The notes under the pieces are model-generated. The model did not search any database. It was given only the letters and a program-made list of their open reading frames with translations, and had not been told where the DNA came from. From positions 868,001 through 932,000 of the forward strand of contig JAXLNO010000146.1 of NCBI GenBank assembly GCA_038087875.1: 64,000 nucleotides of DNA. The letters are read 5' to 3'. This DNA comes from Malacoraja senta. Taxonomy: Eukaryota. Positions 1 to 13,019 of this stretch are shown here, in pieces. The stretch's first letter is position 1. Each line of letters starts with the position of its first letter. The translations under genes and the position numbers were made by a program.

Positions 1-378
1 AAAAAAAAGTGCTTCCTCGTCTCCGTTCTTAATAGCTTACCCCTTATTCTTAAACTTTGGCCCCTGGATCTGGACTCCCTCAACATCGGGAACATGTTTC
101 CTGCCTCTAGCGTGTCCAAACACTTAACAATCTTATATGTTTCAATAAGATGCCCTCTCATCCTTCTAAACTCCAGAGTGTACAAGCCCAGCCGCTCCAT
201 TCTCTCAGCGGAAATTAACCTTGTAAACCTACGCTGCACTCCATCAACAGCAAGAATGTCCGTCTTCTAATTAGGGGATCAAAACTACACACAATACTCA
301 AGGTGTGGTCTCACTAGGGCCCTATACAACTGCAGAAGGACCTCTTTGCTCCTATACTCAATTCATCCAGTTATGTTG
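1..378 (-). mobile_element. CR1 LINE fragment
   Basis: Homologous to the CR1 RT 3' region at 8730-9120 and 58600-58880. Confidence 0.85.
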
Positions 379-480
379 TTGTTAAAGAAGGAACTGCAGA
401 TGCTGGAAAATCGAAGGTACACAAAAATGCTGGAGAAACTCAGCAGGTGCAGCAGCATCTATGGAGCGAAGGAAATAGGC

Positions 481-508
481 AACGTTTCGGGCCGAAACCC
501 TTCTTCAG
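481..508 (-). ncRNA. Minimal type I hammerhead ribozyme motif in the 3' pseudo-LTR
   Basis: Minus strand CTGAAGA-A-GGGT[TTCG]GCCC-GAAA-CGTT. Confidence 0.7.
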
Positions 509-3500
509 ACTGATAGGGGGTGGGGAGAAGAAACAAAAAAAGGCAGAGGAGGAGCCCGAGGGCTGGGAGGAGACAACCAGAGGGCTGATGAAGGGAAGGG
601 GACAGCAAGGGCTAGCAGAGTTGGGAGAATTCGATGTTCATGCCCCCAGGATGTAGACTGCCCAAGCGGAATATGAGGTGCATTTCCTCCAATTTCCGGT
701 GTTGCTCGCAGTGGCCATGGAGGAGACCCAGGACAGAGAGGTCAGATACGGAATGGGAGGGGGAGTTGAAGTGCTAAGCCACCGGGAGGTCAGGTAGGTT
801 ATTGCGGACCGACCGGAGGTGTTCGGCGAAACGAACGCCAAGCCTCTGCTTGGTCTCACCGATGTAGATCAGCTGACATCTAGAGCAGCGGATGCAATAG
901 ATGAGGTTGGAGGAGATGCAGGTGAACCTCTGTTTCACCTGGAACGACTGCTTGGGTCCTTGAATGGAATCGAGGGGGGAGGTGAAGGGACAAGAGTTGC
1001 ATCTCTTGCGGTTGCAAGGGAAAGTACCCGGGGAGGGGGTGGTACGGGAGGGAAGGGAAGAATTGACAAGGGAGTTATGGAGGGAGCGGTCTTTGCGGAA
1101 GGCAGACATGGGGGGAGATGGGAAGTCGTGGGGTCATGTTGGAGGTGGCGAAACTGACGGAGGATCACTTTTTGTATGTGACGGCTGGAGGGATGAAAGG
1201 TGAGGACTAGGGGGACTCTGCCCTTGTTGTGAGTGGGGGGATGGGGAGAGAGAGCAGTGTTGTGGGGTATGGCAGAGACCCTGGTGCGAGCCTCATCTAT
1301 GGTGGAGGAGGGGAACCCCCGTTCCCTGAAGAATGAGGAAATTTCGGATGCCCTGGTATGAAACGCCTCATCCTGGGAGCAGATGCGGCGTAAATGGAGG
1401 AATTGAGAGTGGGGGATGGAGTCCTTACAGGAAGCAGGGTGGGAAGAAGTGTAGTCCAGATAGCCATGGGAGTCGGTAGGTTTGTAGTGGATGTCGGTAT
1501 GAAGTCTATCACCTGCGATGGAGACAGTGAGGTCAAGGAATGGTAGGGAAGTGTCAGAAATGGTCCAGGTGTATTTGAGTGCCGGATGGAAGTTGGTGGT
1601 GAAGCGGATGAAGTCAGTCAGTTGTGTGTGGGTGCAGGATGTGGCACCAAAACAGTCATCGATGTAGCGGAGGTAGAGGTCGGGGATGGGGCCCTGGTAC
1701 GTATTGAACAAGGATTGTTCTACGTACCCGACAAAGAGGCAGGCGTAGCTGGGGCCCATGCGTGTGCCCATAGCTATGCCTTGTATTTGGAGGAAATGGG
1801 AGGAGTCAAATGAGAAGTTATTGAGGGTAAGGACCAGCTCCGCTAGGCGGAGGAGGGTGTCAGTGGCCGGGTATAGGTTGCTTCTTCGGTCAAGGAAAAC
1901 CGGAGGTCTTCGAGACCATCCTGGTGGGGGTTGGAGGTGTACAATGACTGGATGTCCATGGTGAAGATGAGGGGGTGAGGGCCTAGAGAGTGGAATGCGC
2001 GCAGACGACGGAGAGTGTCTGAGGTGTCTTGAACATAGGTAGGGAGGGATTTGACCAAGGGGCATAGGATGGAGTCGAGGTAAGCGGAGATGAGTTCGGT
2101 GGGGCACGAACAGGCATAGATAATGGGTCTACCGGGACAGTCAGGTTTGTGGATTTTGGGGAGAAGGTAAAATCGGGCCGTGCGGGGCTGGGGAACGATG
2201 AGGTTGGATGCTCGGTCGGGCAGGGCGTGCGAGTGGATGAAGTCGGTGATGGTGCTGGATGGTGGCCTGGTGCTCGTCAGTGGGGTCATGGTCCAGGAGT
2301 AAGTAGGAGGAGGTGTCCGAGAGTTGGCGCGTGGCCTCAGCTTTGTAGAGATCGATGCGCCAGACTACCACGGCACCTCCCTTGTCGGCGGGTTTGATAA
2401 CCCAATCTAGGTTGTTGCGGAGTGAGTCGATGGCAGTGCGTTCAGGGGGGGAGAGATTGGAGTGAGACAGGGGAGTGGAGAAGTTGAGGCGGTTGATGTC
2501 ACGGCGGCAGTTTTTGATGAAGAGTTCTAAAGCCGGAAGGCCACGAGGGGGGTTTCCACGAGGAGGGGGTGCGTTGGAGACGGGAAAAGGGGTCATCAGT
2601 GGGGGGCGAGGTCTCCTTCCCATGGAAGTGTGCTGTGAGGCGGAGGCGACGGTAGAAGCGTTCCAAGTCATGGAGGGCGCGGAACTCATTGAGGTGGGGA
2701 CGGAGGGGGACAAAGGTAAGACCTCTGCTGAGGACAGACCGTTCGATGTCGGAGAGGGGGAGGTCGGGGGGGGGGAATGGTGAACACCCGGCAGGGATGG
2801 GGGTTGGGGCTGGAGGAAGGCAGGTGGATGGAATGGGGACGAGGCGATGTGTGGTGGGGGGGTGGTGGGTAGTCAGGGGGTGGGGGGTGAGAGGGCTGTA
2901 GTGTGGGTGGGGAAGAGAAGGGGTCCCATAATTGGAGAGGGATGGGGAAGAATCAGTGGAACTGCCACTGAGGTAACCAGGACTAGGCAGACTAGCGCTA
3001 GGACCCAGTGGAGTCAAACCCAGGAGAGTGGGAGTGAGCAGCGTGGAGGCTTCAGGCCCAGTACAGAGTCCAGTCTGCAGGTGAGGCGACGGCTGCGGGG
3101 CTGGAGGGCGGTGTGGTGGCGAGGGTCGGCGGACCCGATGGTCGGGGTCCGTGGGCAGTAGAGTCGGGGTCCACGGGCGATGCGTGGGAGGGAGGGAGGG
3201 AGGGAGGGAGGTCCCGGTGGGCGGATGGTCGGTGGGGCGGCGCGGTTCGACCAACCCAGTCCGGCGGCCATGTTCAATAGGCCCGGGTGCGACGGCAATA
3301 TTAGGCGGACCCAGTGCGACGGCGATGAGGTTGGGCCCGGGGGCGGCGATGAGGTTGGGCGGGCCCGGTGCGGCGATGAGGTTGGGCGGGCCCGGGGACG
3401 GCGAGGTTGGGAGGAATCGGCGAGGGGGAGGAAGTCCGAGTTACCGTTGAAGCGGCGAGGCTGCGCGTCATCGGTCGGCAGGTGAAGGTCGGCGGCAGCA

Positions 3501-4253
3501 TCGACGTGGAGGTCGGTGAAGGCGGCGTCTTGGTGAGGACTGGAGGCGCTCCTTGTGGCCAAGATGGCGTCGCGGGACTCGGGCAGGCGATGCAGGCCAG
3601 AGTTGGGGCCGGAGCCTGCAGGCGGTCGAGTCGCGGAGTGTCGGCGGCGGCAGCGGCCTGGAGACGGGCTAATTTCAGGTCCTTGGTGGAGTTAAGGTGG
3701 GCCAGGAATCTTTGATTGAAGAGGTGGATCTTCCGGCGGATAAAGTACAGTTGTGGTGAGTCAGGCCCGAAGTTGCGGGAGGGTCAATGCGAGATCCTGC
3801 TGGTGTCGGCGCATCAGTCAAAGTGGATCTAAGTGCCCGGTTGGAGAATTGTTGTGTATGCCGGTAGATAGCCAGTCGGTACCGATAGTCCGGCTGGGGT
3901 CCGAACTGGGAGGTAGGGAACTGGAGCTGGAAGCCATGAGGTACGAGATGAAGGCGCAAGCATGCCCCGAGGAAGCAGATGTGGCAGTGGTATCGAGTTT
4001 GGGTAAGGATGTGGTCGTAGAGTTGGAGGGCAGGGGGGATCACAGAGATGGGGCAGTTAGAGAGGTGGTTGTGGAACAGTCTCCGGAGAGAGGAGGAGAA
4101 CTTCTTCAAAGTAGGCATACCTTGAGGAGATTTCGCAGTGGGGTAGACAAAGTGTTAAAGAAGGAACTGCAGATGCTGGAAAATCGAAGGTACACAAAAA
4201 TGCTGGAGAAACTCAGTGGGTGCAGCAGCATCTATGGAGCGAAGGATATAGGC

Positions 4254-4281
4254 AACGTTTCGGGCCGAAACCCTTCTTCAG
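4254..4281 (-). ncRNA. Minimal type I hammerhead ribozyme motif in the 5' pseudo-LTR
   Basis: Same 28-mer as 481-508, about 135 nt upstream of the element ATG. Confidence 0.7.
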
Positions 4282-5234
4282 ACTGATAGGGGGTGGGGAG
4301 AAGAAAGGAAAAAAGGCGGAGGAGGAGCCCGAGGGCTGGGGGAGGGGAGGAGACAACCAGAGGGCTGATGAAGGGGAGGGGACAGCAAAGGCTAGCAGAA
4401 TTGGGAGAATTCAATGTTCAAGCCCCCAGGATGTAGACTGCCCAAGCGGAATCCCGTACCACCCCCTCCCCGGGTACTTTCCCTTGCAACCGCAAGAGAT
4501 GCAACACTTGTCTCTCGAAGCCCTCCGTTTTTTCCTCGACCGAAGAAGCAACCTATACCCGGCCACTGTTACCCTCCTCCGCCTAGCGGAGCTGGTCCTT
4601 ACCCTCAATAACTTCTCATTTGACATGACACATGAAGTGTGTAACAATATGGTTAATAATGATGACCGATGGTCATCATATTGGATAAGAGTGAAGTGTG
4701 TTTAATTGTCATATGCAACAGTAGTGGAACAAGTGAAATACCTGCTTGCTGCAGCTTTGCAGGCATATTAAAAGCAAGAACACGTCAAATAATAATATCA
4801 TAAAATATGAGTTATTTGACGTCACCTGGACCATGGCTGTGCAAGGTGGTTGGATCATTGAGAGCTTGGCAGGATACGATGGTCAGTGGCGATGGTCTCT
4901 CGTCCTGGGGACTGTACCGTGTTTGGGTTCTTTTCTGGAATACTGCTCCCTTGGAAGCTTGAATACATCCCATCAAAACGGATGTATTCAAGAGAGTTAG
5001 ATATACCACTTAGGGCTAACAGAATCAAGGGATATGGGGAGAAAGCAGGAACAAGGTTATGAAACCCTTCTTCAGACTGAAGAAAACTGAAGAAGGGTCT
5101 CTATCAGAAGCGTCACCTATTCCTTTTCTCCAGAGATGATGCCGGACCCGCTGAGTTACTCCAGCATTTTGTGTCTATCGACTGCTGGTCTTAATCCAGT
5201 TGGCTTACACACTACCTGCCACTGTCTTTTTCAG

Positions 5235-5343
5235 AATCAACAAGATGAAGTGTCCCTGTGTCATTAAAGTCCGTCTTTCTGCAGATGGAGACAAGTTTGT
5301 GGTGAAAGTGATAAATGAATCGCATAACCACACAGTGCCGCAG
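5235..5343 (+). other. Exon-like remnant encoding a FAR1/WRKY-GCM1-type zinc-finger half (MULE transposase or ZSWIM3-like)
   Basis: tttttcag|...KMKCPCVIKVRLSADGDKFVVKVINESHNHTVPQ|gtaaaa; CP..I.V...HNH pattern. Confidence 0.55.
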
Positions 5344-6569
5344 GTAAAAGCAGAACACACGTGTGTGTGTGGGTGTGTGTGTGTGTCAGATCCTTCCCAG
5401 CTGGTCTGAAGAAAGGTCTCGATCCGAAATCTCACCTTTTTCTTTTCTCCAGAGATGTTTTCTAACCCGCTGAGTTACTTCAGCTTCATGTGTCTAACTT
5501 TGGTGTAAACTACAATCTGCAGTTTAGTTTTCACACAGCGTGGAAACCTGCCCTTCGGCCCACTGAGTCCAGGCTGACCAGCGATCCCTGCACATCAACG
5601 CCGTGCTACACACATTAGGGACAACTTTCAATTTTTCCCAGCCAATTAGCCTTTAAACCTGAACATCTTTAGAGTGTGGGGGAAAACCGCAGCTCCCGAA
5701 GAAAACCCATGGGGACAGACAGCACCCGTAGTCAGGATGAAACCCGGTCTCTGGCGCTGTAACGCTGCAACTCTACCGCTGCGCCACCGTGCTGCCCCTA
5801 CACATAGAACATAACAAGATGGGTGCTTGACGGTCATTGACGACAATGTAGGTGGAAGAGCCGGTGTGATTCTATGGGATAATATCACACTCCCCCACTG
5901 GAATATCAATCCAGCGTCTGAACTCTGGCAAATTTAGCATTAACAGAGTCAGACTGAAACACTCAATATCTGTGGAAGAAATTAATATAGAGGGAAATGA
6001 AAGGAAAATGAAAAGCGGAGACTTCACAGGTTTGCTTCGACAGAGTTTATTGCATGATATCATGGACAGGGGGCGGCAGTTAACTGCTCACCAGTTCTCT
6101 GACTTCACAGCAGAATTAGCCGACAGTTATACTGTGCAGTAAACAACTTTTGTTTTTTCTTAGATTCAACTACACGAAAATATACTATCTATGACATGGG
6201 TACCAATTGTTTCATTAGTCATAACGTACTTTTTTTGCTTATGTCAATCTTATTCAACAACAGATGGTTAATACCAGTCAAACACAGTACACGGGCATCT
6301 TGACATTATTCTATCTCACCTTCCAGGCTGACCGTGCCACCATCCCCTCTCTGAGCCAATCATAAGCCCCCCATTTAGTGCAACGTATCTATGCTACTCG
6401 CGGTTGGGGGCGCGGGTAATCGACGGTGACACACAGCAGAGAGAAACAAGCTTCCTTATCTCCGTCGACTATCTTATGTTTACATTTACCATCCACCCTT
6501 CAACACATTCCTAGATTAAGTGAATTTGAAGAGGCAGTTCTAAAGCATTTATTTTGAATTAATTGTATT

Positions 6570-7520
6570 ATACAATATATATTAATGATTTAGATGATGG
6601 TATTAATATTAACACCAGCTAATTTGCAGATGACACAAACCTGGGTGGCAGTGTGAACTGCGAAGAGGATGCTAGGAGGTTGCAGGGTGACTTGGACAGG
6701 TTGAGTGAGTGCGCAGATGCATTATAATGTAGATAAATGATAGGTTATCCACTTTGGCGGCAAGATCAAGGAGGCAGAATATTATCTCAATGGTGTCAGA
6801 TTAGGAAAAAGGGAAGTGCAACGAGACCTGGGTATCATTGTACACCAGTCACTGAAAGTAAACATGCAGGTACAGCAGGCAGTGAAGAAAGCCAATTGGC
6901 CTTCATAACGAGAGAATTTGAGTATAGGAGTGAAGAGGCCCTTCTGCAGTTGTAGAGACTCTGGTGAGACCACATCTGGAGGATTTTGTGCATCTCCCAA
7001 TTTCAGGAAGGACATCCTTGCTATTGAAGCAGTGCAGCGTAGATTCACGAGGTTAATCCCTGGGATGGCGGGACTGTCATATGAGGAACGATTGGAAAGA
7101 GTGGGCTTGTATTCACTGGAATTTAGAAGGATGAGATGGGATCTTATAGAAATGTATAAAATTATAAAAGGACTGGACAAGCTAGATGCAGGAAAAAATT
7201 CCCAATTATGGGGGAGTCCAGAACCCGGGGCCACAGTCCAAAAATAAATGGGAGGCCGTTTAAAACGGAGCTGAGAAAAAAACGTTTTCACCCGGAGAGT
7301 TGTGAATTTGTGGAATTCTCTACCACAGAAGGCAGTAGAGGCCAATTCACTGGACAAATTTGAAAGAGAGTTAGATAGAGCTCCAGGGGCTAGCGGAATC
7401 AAGGGATATAGGGATAAGGCAGGCACGGTTTACTGATTGTGGATGATCAGCCATGATCAAAATGAATGACGGTGCAGGCTTAAAGGGCCAAATGGCCTCC
7501 TCTTGCACCTATTTTCTACG
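6570..7520 (+). mobile_element. CR1 LINE 3' fragment
   Basis: FADDTKLGG-like segment, VQRRFTRLIPGM, shared CR1 3' UTR. Confidence 0.88.
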
Positions 7521-8499
7521 ATCCTATATCTAAAACGATTTTTACCAAACTTGAAAGCAACGAATGCAACTAATATTATGCAGTTATTGATAAATCTGTT
7601 CATAGTTTACGTTCCTTCACGTGCAGACATAGGTTTTTTGAATGACAAATGAAATAGTTACTAGGCAAGATTCTCAGTTAATTTTATACTGCAGTCACCA
7701 AATTGGATAAGATGAGCAAACATCAAGGAGCAATTCATTTGTCCATTTATTTGCTCGTGTCAAATTTCAAAGCCTTCCTTTGAAATTAATATGCTTAACC
7801 AAGAGGAGGATTTTGTAACCAGTTTAAAGAGGACATTGGTAGGTTATCAGAATGAAGTCTGAATTTACAAATGAAATATGGATAAATGTGATGTTTAGTT
7901 TAGTTTAGAGATACAGCGTGTAAACAGTCCATACCGATCACCATCACCCATACACTAGTTCTATCCTACACACTAGGGACAATTTAGAGGCCAATAAACC
8001 TACAAACCTGCATGTCATTGAGATGTGGAAAGAAACTGGAGCACCCATGCGGGTCACAGGGAGAATGTACAAACTCCAGACAGTCAGCACCTGTAGTCAG
8101 GATTGAACTTGGCTCTCTGGCGCTGTAAAGCAGCAACACTACCGCTCCGCCACTGTGCCGCCAGTGATTCATTGGGACAAAACCTAGACTAAGTTGCAGA
8201 TGATTTATTCAATTGAATTGAATAATACAGCATGGAAACAGGCCCTTGGGCCCATAGAGTTCATGCCGACTTGTGATCACCCGTACACACACGCTTAGGA
8301 ACATCGTAACCTCAATATCAGAAGTTATACAAATTTTCTTCACATTAACTTTTTATGTGGCTTCAAAGCCTTCTCCTAACTAGCCTGTGAAGTCTCCTTC
8401 ACGTTAACTTCTTATAATTGGCTTTGAAGCCTATAGATTTGCTGATCTTTTATCAGCATTCCAGAATTTTGTGTATTTTTAAGTTGAGCAAAATAGGAA

Positions 8500-10137
8500 T
8501 AATAGACAATAGGTGCAGGAGTAGGCCATTCGACCATTCGAACCAGCACCGCCATTCACTGTGATAATGGCTGATCATCCACAATCAGTACCCTGTTCCT
8601 GCCTTTCCGCCATATCCCTTGACTCCGCTATCTTTACGAGCTCTATCATGAAAGCTTCCAGAGAATTGGCCTCCACTGCCTTCTGAGGCAGCGAATTCCA
8701 GATTAACAACTCACTGGGTGCAAAAAGTTTTTCCTCATCTCCGTTCTAAATGGCCTACCCCTTATTCTTAAACTGTGGACCCTGGTTCTGGACTCCCCCA
8801 ACAACGGGAACATGTTTCCTGCCTCTAGCATGTCCAATCCCTTAATAATCTTATATGTTTCAATAAGACACCCTCTCATCCTTCTCAATCCAGTGTATAC
8901 AAGCCCAGTTGCTCCATTCTTCAACATATGACTGTCCCGCCATCCCGGGAATTAACCTCGTGAACCTACACTGCACTCACTCAATAGCAATAGCAAACAT
9001 GTCCTTCCTCAAATTTGGAGACCACAACTGCACACAATACTCCAGGTGTGGTCTCACTAGGGCCCTGTACAACTGTAGAAGGACCTCTTTTCTCCTATAC
9101 TCAACTCCTCTTGTTATGAAGGCCAACATGCCATTAGGTTTCTTCATTACCTGCTGCACCTGCATGCTTACTTTCAGTGACTGATGATCACCCACATCAC
9201 ATTGTACTTCCCCTTTTCCTAACATGACACCATTCAGATAATAATCTGCTTTCCTGTTCTTGCCTCCAAAGTGGATAACCTCACATTTATCCACTTTAAA
9301 CTGCATCTGTCATGCATCTGCCCACTCACCCAACTTGTCCAAGTCACCTTGCATTCGCATAGCATCCTCCTCACAGTTCACACTGCCAGCCAGCTTTGTG
9401 TCATCTGCAAATTTGCTAATCCCTTCATCTAAATCGTTGAGGTATATTGTAAATAACTGCGGTCCCAGCATCAAGCCTTGCAGTACCCCACTAGTCACTG
9501 CCTGCCATTCTGAAACAGACCCATTAATCCCTACTCTTTGTTTCCTGTCTGCCAACCAATTTTCTATCCATGTCAGCACCTTACCCTCATTACCATGTGC
9601 TCTAATTTTGCCCACTAATCTCCTATGTAGGACCTTATCAAAGACTTTCTGAAAGTCCAGGAACACTACATCCATTGTCTCCCCCTTGTCCATTTCCCTA
9701 GTTACATCCTCAAAAACGTCCAGATTAGTCACGCATGATTTCCCCTTAGTAATTCCATGCTGACTAGGACCGATCCTGTTATTGCTATCCACATGTACCG
9801 CTATTTCATCTTTTATAATTGACTACACATCTTCCCCACCACCGATGTCAGGCTAACTGGTCTATAATTCCATGTTTTCTCTCTCCCGCGTTTTTAAAAA
9901 AATGGGCTATCATTAGCTACCCTCCAATCCACAGGAACTGATCCTGAATCTATAGAACATTGGAAAATGATCACCAATGTATCCATGATTTCTAGAGCCA
10001 CTTCCTTAAGTACCCTGGGGTGCAGACCATCAGGCCCAGGATATTTATCAGACTTCAATCCCATCAGTGTACCCAACACCATTTCCTGCCTAATGTGGAT
10101 TTCCCTCACTTCCTCTGTTACCCGAGGTCTTCTGGCC
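8500..10137 (-). mobile_element. CR1 LINE (RT region, decayed)
   Basis: PGPDGLHPRVLKE, DVVFLDFQKVFDKV, QGLMLGP, KFADDTKL, LVRPHLEYCVQ. Confidence 0.9.
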
Positions 10138-10415
10138 ACAAAAGAAGATGGGTAACCTCAGTGTTGATTGGCCAAAAATATGGGTAGTGAGGGCAATCTT
10201 AATGCATAAGAATGTGATAGAGGTGTTTGACTCAGGAATTTTAGCAGATAGGGATATAAATATCTAAAAATGGAGTTAAACACTATTAATAGCAGTTTAC
10301 AGGTAGAGACAGTGTTGGAACGACACTTATCAGTGTTTAACATTGATAACTCCTGGAAGTAGGGCCGTTTCAAGTGTCTCCCCATAAAGGTTGGCCGCAG
10401 GTTCACCAAATAAAC

Positions 10416-10935
10416 CTATATATGCAAGTGGACTATTTGCAATGAATCAATGTTGCAACCCGTTAAGAAGAAAGGATAGAGTTTCTCAGTGAATTTGTCC
10501 CTGAAAGTGTACAGATGTGACATGTCATCGGCATTGTACAGTGTCACCTGGCCAGCCTCATAGTTCAGGTAGATGCCCAATCTCTGGGGTTTGACTGGAA
10601 CAGGGAGGGCAGTACGTGTTGAAGACATAGTGGTATATTCCTCTCCCAGACGCCACAATACCCAGGCACCGGATTTTGGTTCCGGTGTGAACTCCGCTTT
10701 CCTCAGTACCGATGCTTTTACCACTCCCACACTCCACATGGTGTTCCTTCCGACCTCGACCTCCCAGTAGTGGCTCCCAGTATTGAAGCCCTGAGATGCC
10801 AGGACACCGTGCCACTGCACAAATCGCTCTGGTTTGTCAGGGACCTTCTGTTTAGCACCGAGTCTGATGGCTGTCAGGTCACTGGACAGGATGAGTCTTG
10901 GATGCGCAGTGTCCGGATTCAGCTTCAGTTTGGGA
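10416..10935 (-). CDS. TRIM gene A last exon: PRY-SPRY (B30.2) domain
   Basis: LKLNPDTAHPRLILSSD...ERF...VLASQGFNTGSHYWEVEV...WSVGV...LGIYLNYEAGQVTLYN...LYPFF, TAG stop. Best acceptor ttttctcctcttcag at 10937-10936 is one base out of phase with exon 5 (see findings). Confidence 0.9.
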
Positions 10936-11152
10936 CTGAAGAGGAGAAAAAAGTCTGCATGGTGAATCCACGTGATTTGCCAATCAAACATTTTGACACA
11001 TTCAGTGGTTGGTTAATATACATTCATGCACAGTAAACGAAAATGTAACAGGAAACTGCAGGTGCTGGATATCTAAAATAAAAGTGGGAAATGTTTCCTT
11101 TTTGCTCAGTTCTGAACACAGGTCGCAGATCTGAAACATTACCTGTTTCTCT

Positions 11153-11471
11153 TTAGTTTAGTTTAGTTTGGAGATATGGCGCTGAAACAGGCCCTTCAGC
11201 CCACCGAGTCCGCGTTGACCAGCGATCCCCGCACATTAACACTATCCTACACACACTGGGAATAATTTTACACATACACAAAGCCAATTAACCTAAAAAC
11301 CTGTACATCTTTGGAGTGTGGGAGGAAATGGAAGATCTCGGAGAAAACCCACGCGGTAACAGGAAGAATGAACAAACTCCGTACAGACAGCACCCGTAGC
11401 CGGGATAGAACCCGGGTCTGTGGTGCTGCAAGAACTGTAAGGCAGCAACTCTACCACTGCGCCACCGTGCG
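11153..11471 (-). mobile_element. tRNA-derived V-SINE (HE1-like); further copies at about 5522-5797, 7893-8162, 11790-12425, 12730-13015, 17562-17868, 19867-20052, 21977-22278, 32443-32686 (-) and 58880-59125, 59470-59860, 60934-61240 (+)
   Basis: Head gcacggtggcgcagtggtagag with B box-like ggttctatccc, conserved core, CR1-like tail gggctgaagggcctgtttc, (ctaaa)n end. Confidence 0.88.
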
Positions 11472-11995
11472 GCACCGAACATATATCATTTAGAACATAT
11501 AGCAATACAGCACAAGAACTGTCTACCGTATTCATGCTGAACATGATGCCAAGTTAAACTAAGCTTCTCCGCCTACACGTTATCCATATCCCTACATATC
11601 CATGTGCACATCCAAAACGCCACAGTCACATCTGTCTCCACCACCGCTGGCAGCAGATTCCAGGTACCCACCACCCTCCGTGTAAAATATTTGGCCCGCA
11701 CATCACCTTTAAATGTTGCCCCTCTCACCATTCAGTTATGCCCGCTGGCTGGAAGAGGGAGGAGGAATGGCACAGAGCCTAGCAAGTGATTTAGTTTAGT
11801 CTATTTTAGAGATACATCGTGGAAACAGGCCCTTCGGCTCAACGAGTCCACGTCAACCACTGGTCACCCATACTAGTTCCATCCTACACACTAGGGACAA
11901 TTTACAGAATACAATCAAGCTACAAACCTGCACGTCTTTGTAATGTGGTTGGAAACTCCACGCTGTCACAGGGAGAATGTACAAACTATATACAG

Positions 11996-12346
11996 TTTGT
12001 ACGACAGATGGCGCAATGGGCTAAGTGTTCGGCTGGCAACCGGAAGGTAGCCGGTTCGAATCCCGCTTGGAGTGCATACTGTCGTTGTGTCCTTGGGCAA
12101 GACACTTCACCCACCTTTGCCTGCGTGTGAATGTGTGAATGTGTGTGAGTGATTGGTGGTGGTCGGAGGGGCCGTAGGCGCAGATTAGCAGCCACGCTTC
12201 CGTCAGTCTGCCCCAGGGCAGCTGTGGCTACAGATGTAGCTCACCACCACCGAGTTTGACTGAGGAGTGAATGAATAATGCGATGTAAAGCGCCTTGAGT
12301 ATTAGAAAGGCGCTATATAAATCCAATCCATTATTATTATTATTAT
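11996..12346 (+). mobile_element. CORE-type tRNA SINE with L2 tail (AFC-like) inserted in a V-SINE
   Basis: A box TGGCGCAATGG (12009), B box GGTTCGAATCCC (12053), gtgtccttgggcaagacactt core, tgtaaagcgcc...ggcgctatataaat tail, (att)n; TACAG on both flanks. Confidence 0.85.
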
Positions 12347-13019
12347 TACAGACAGCACCCGTAGTCAGGATCGAACCCAGGACTCTGGAGCTGTAAGGCA
12401 GGAACTCAACCGCTGCGCCACCATGCATCCCAGGTGATAGGTGGATATAGGTGAAGAGGGTGGGGGAGGGGGGTCACTACAGATACTTTCAAACTATTTG
12501 ATATTTCCACTCAGGTAAAAGTGCTGACTGTGTACCCTTTCTAATCCTAAACTATATGGATGTATATATCTTCTATACTATCAGGAATAGCTATTATTTA
12601 TCAGACATTCCCGCCTGCCTTCTCTCCCCACTTCCCTCCCTTGAGGCACAACACTTGGAGGTTGGGGAGAGCGCTGATGTGACTCTATCGCTCACTCACT
12701 GACATAACCTTGCAACAGCGTAGAGGTTAAAGAGATACAGCATGAGAATTGACCTTTGACCTGCCGTGTCCATGCAGACCATCGATCACCTGTTCACACT
12801 AATTCTAGTTATCCCACTTTCTCATCCACTCCCTACAAACTAACGGCAATTTGCAGAGGTCAACGAGCCGACAAACCTGCACGTCTTTGGGATGTGGGAG
12901 GAAACCAGCGCAGATGGAGGAAACTCATGTGGTCACAGGGAGAACGTGCAAACTCCACACAGACAGCAGCCGAGGACAGGGTCGAACCTGGGTCTCTTGC
13001 GCTGAGGCAGCTGCCTCAA

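Larger units (their letters stand above)
381..4624 (-). mobile_element. Near full-length, decayed Penelope-like retroelement (RT + GIY-YIG) with pseudo-LTRs
   Basis: ORF pieces from ATG at 4118: N-terminal region, Pro-rich linker, IKPADKGGAVVV, FYLLPKIHK..PGRPI, TMDIQSLYT, GIAMGTRMGPSYA, YLRYIDD, then GIY-YIG (LIYCIRCSRCQLIYIGETKQRLGVRFAEH). Direct repeats 381-672 and 4153-4452; several frameshifts. Confidence 0.93.

Noticed and set aside
2499..3715. Many overlapping Pro/Gly/Arg-rich ORFs and 27-bp GC repeats
   Set aside because: Alternative frames of the GC-rich Penelope linker, not separate genes.
12001..12075. tRNA-like sequence with A and B boxes (also the V-SINE heads)
   Set aside because: Continues into SINE core and tail, so it is a SINE head and not a tRNA gene.
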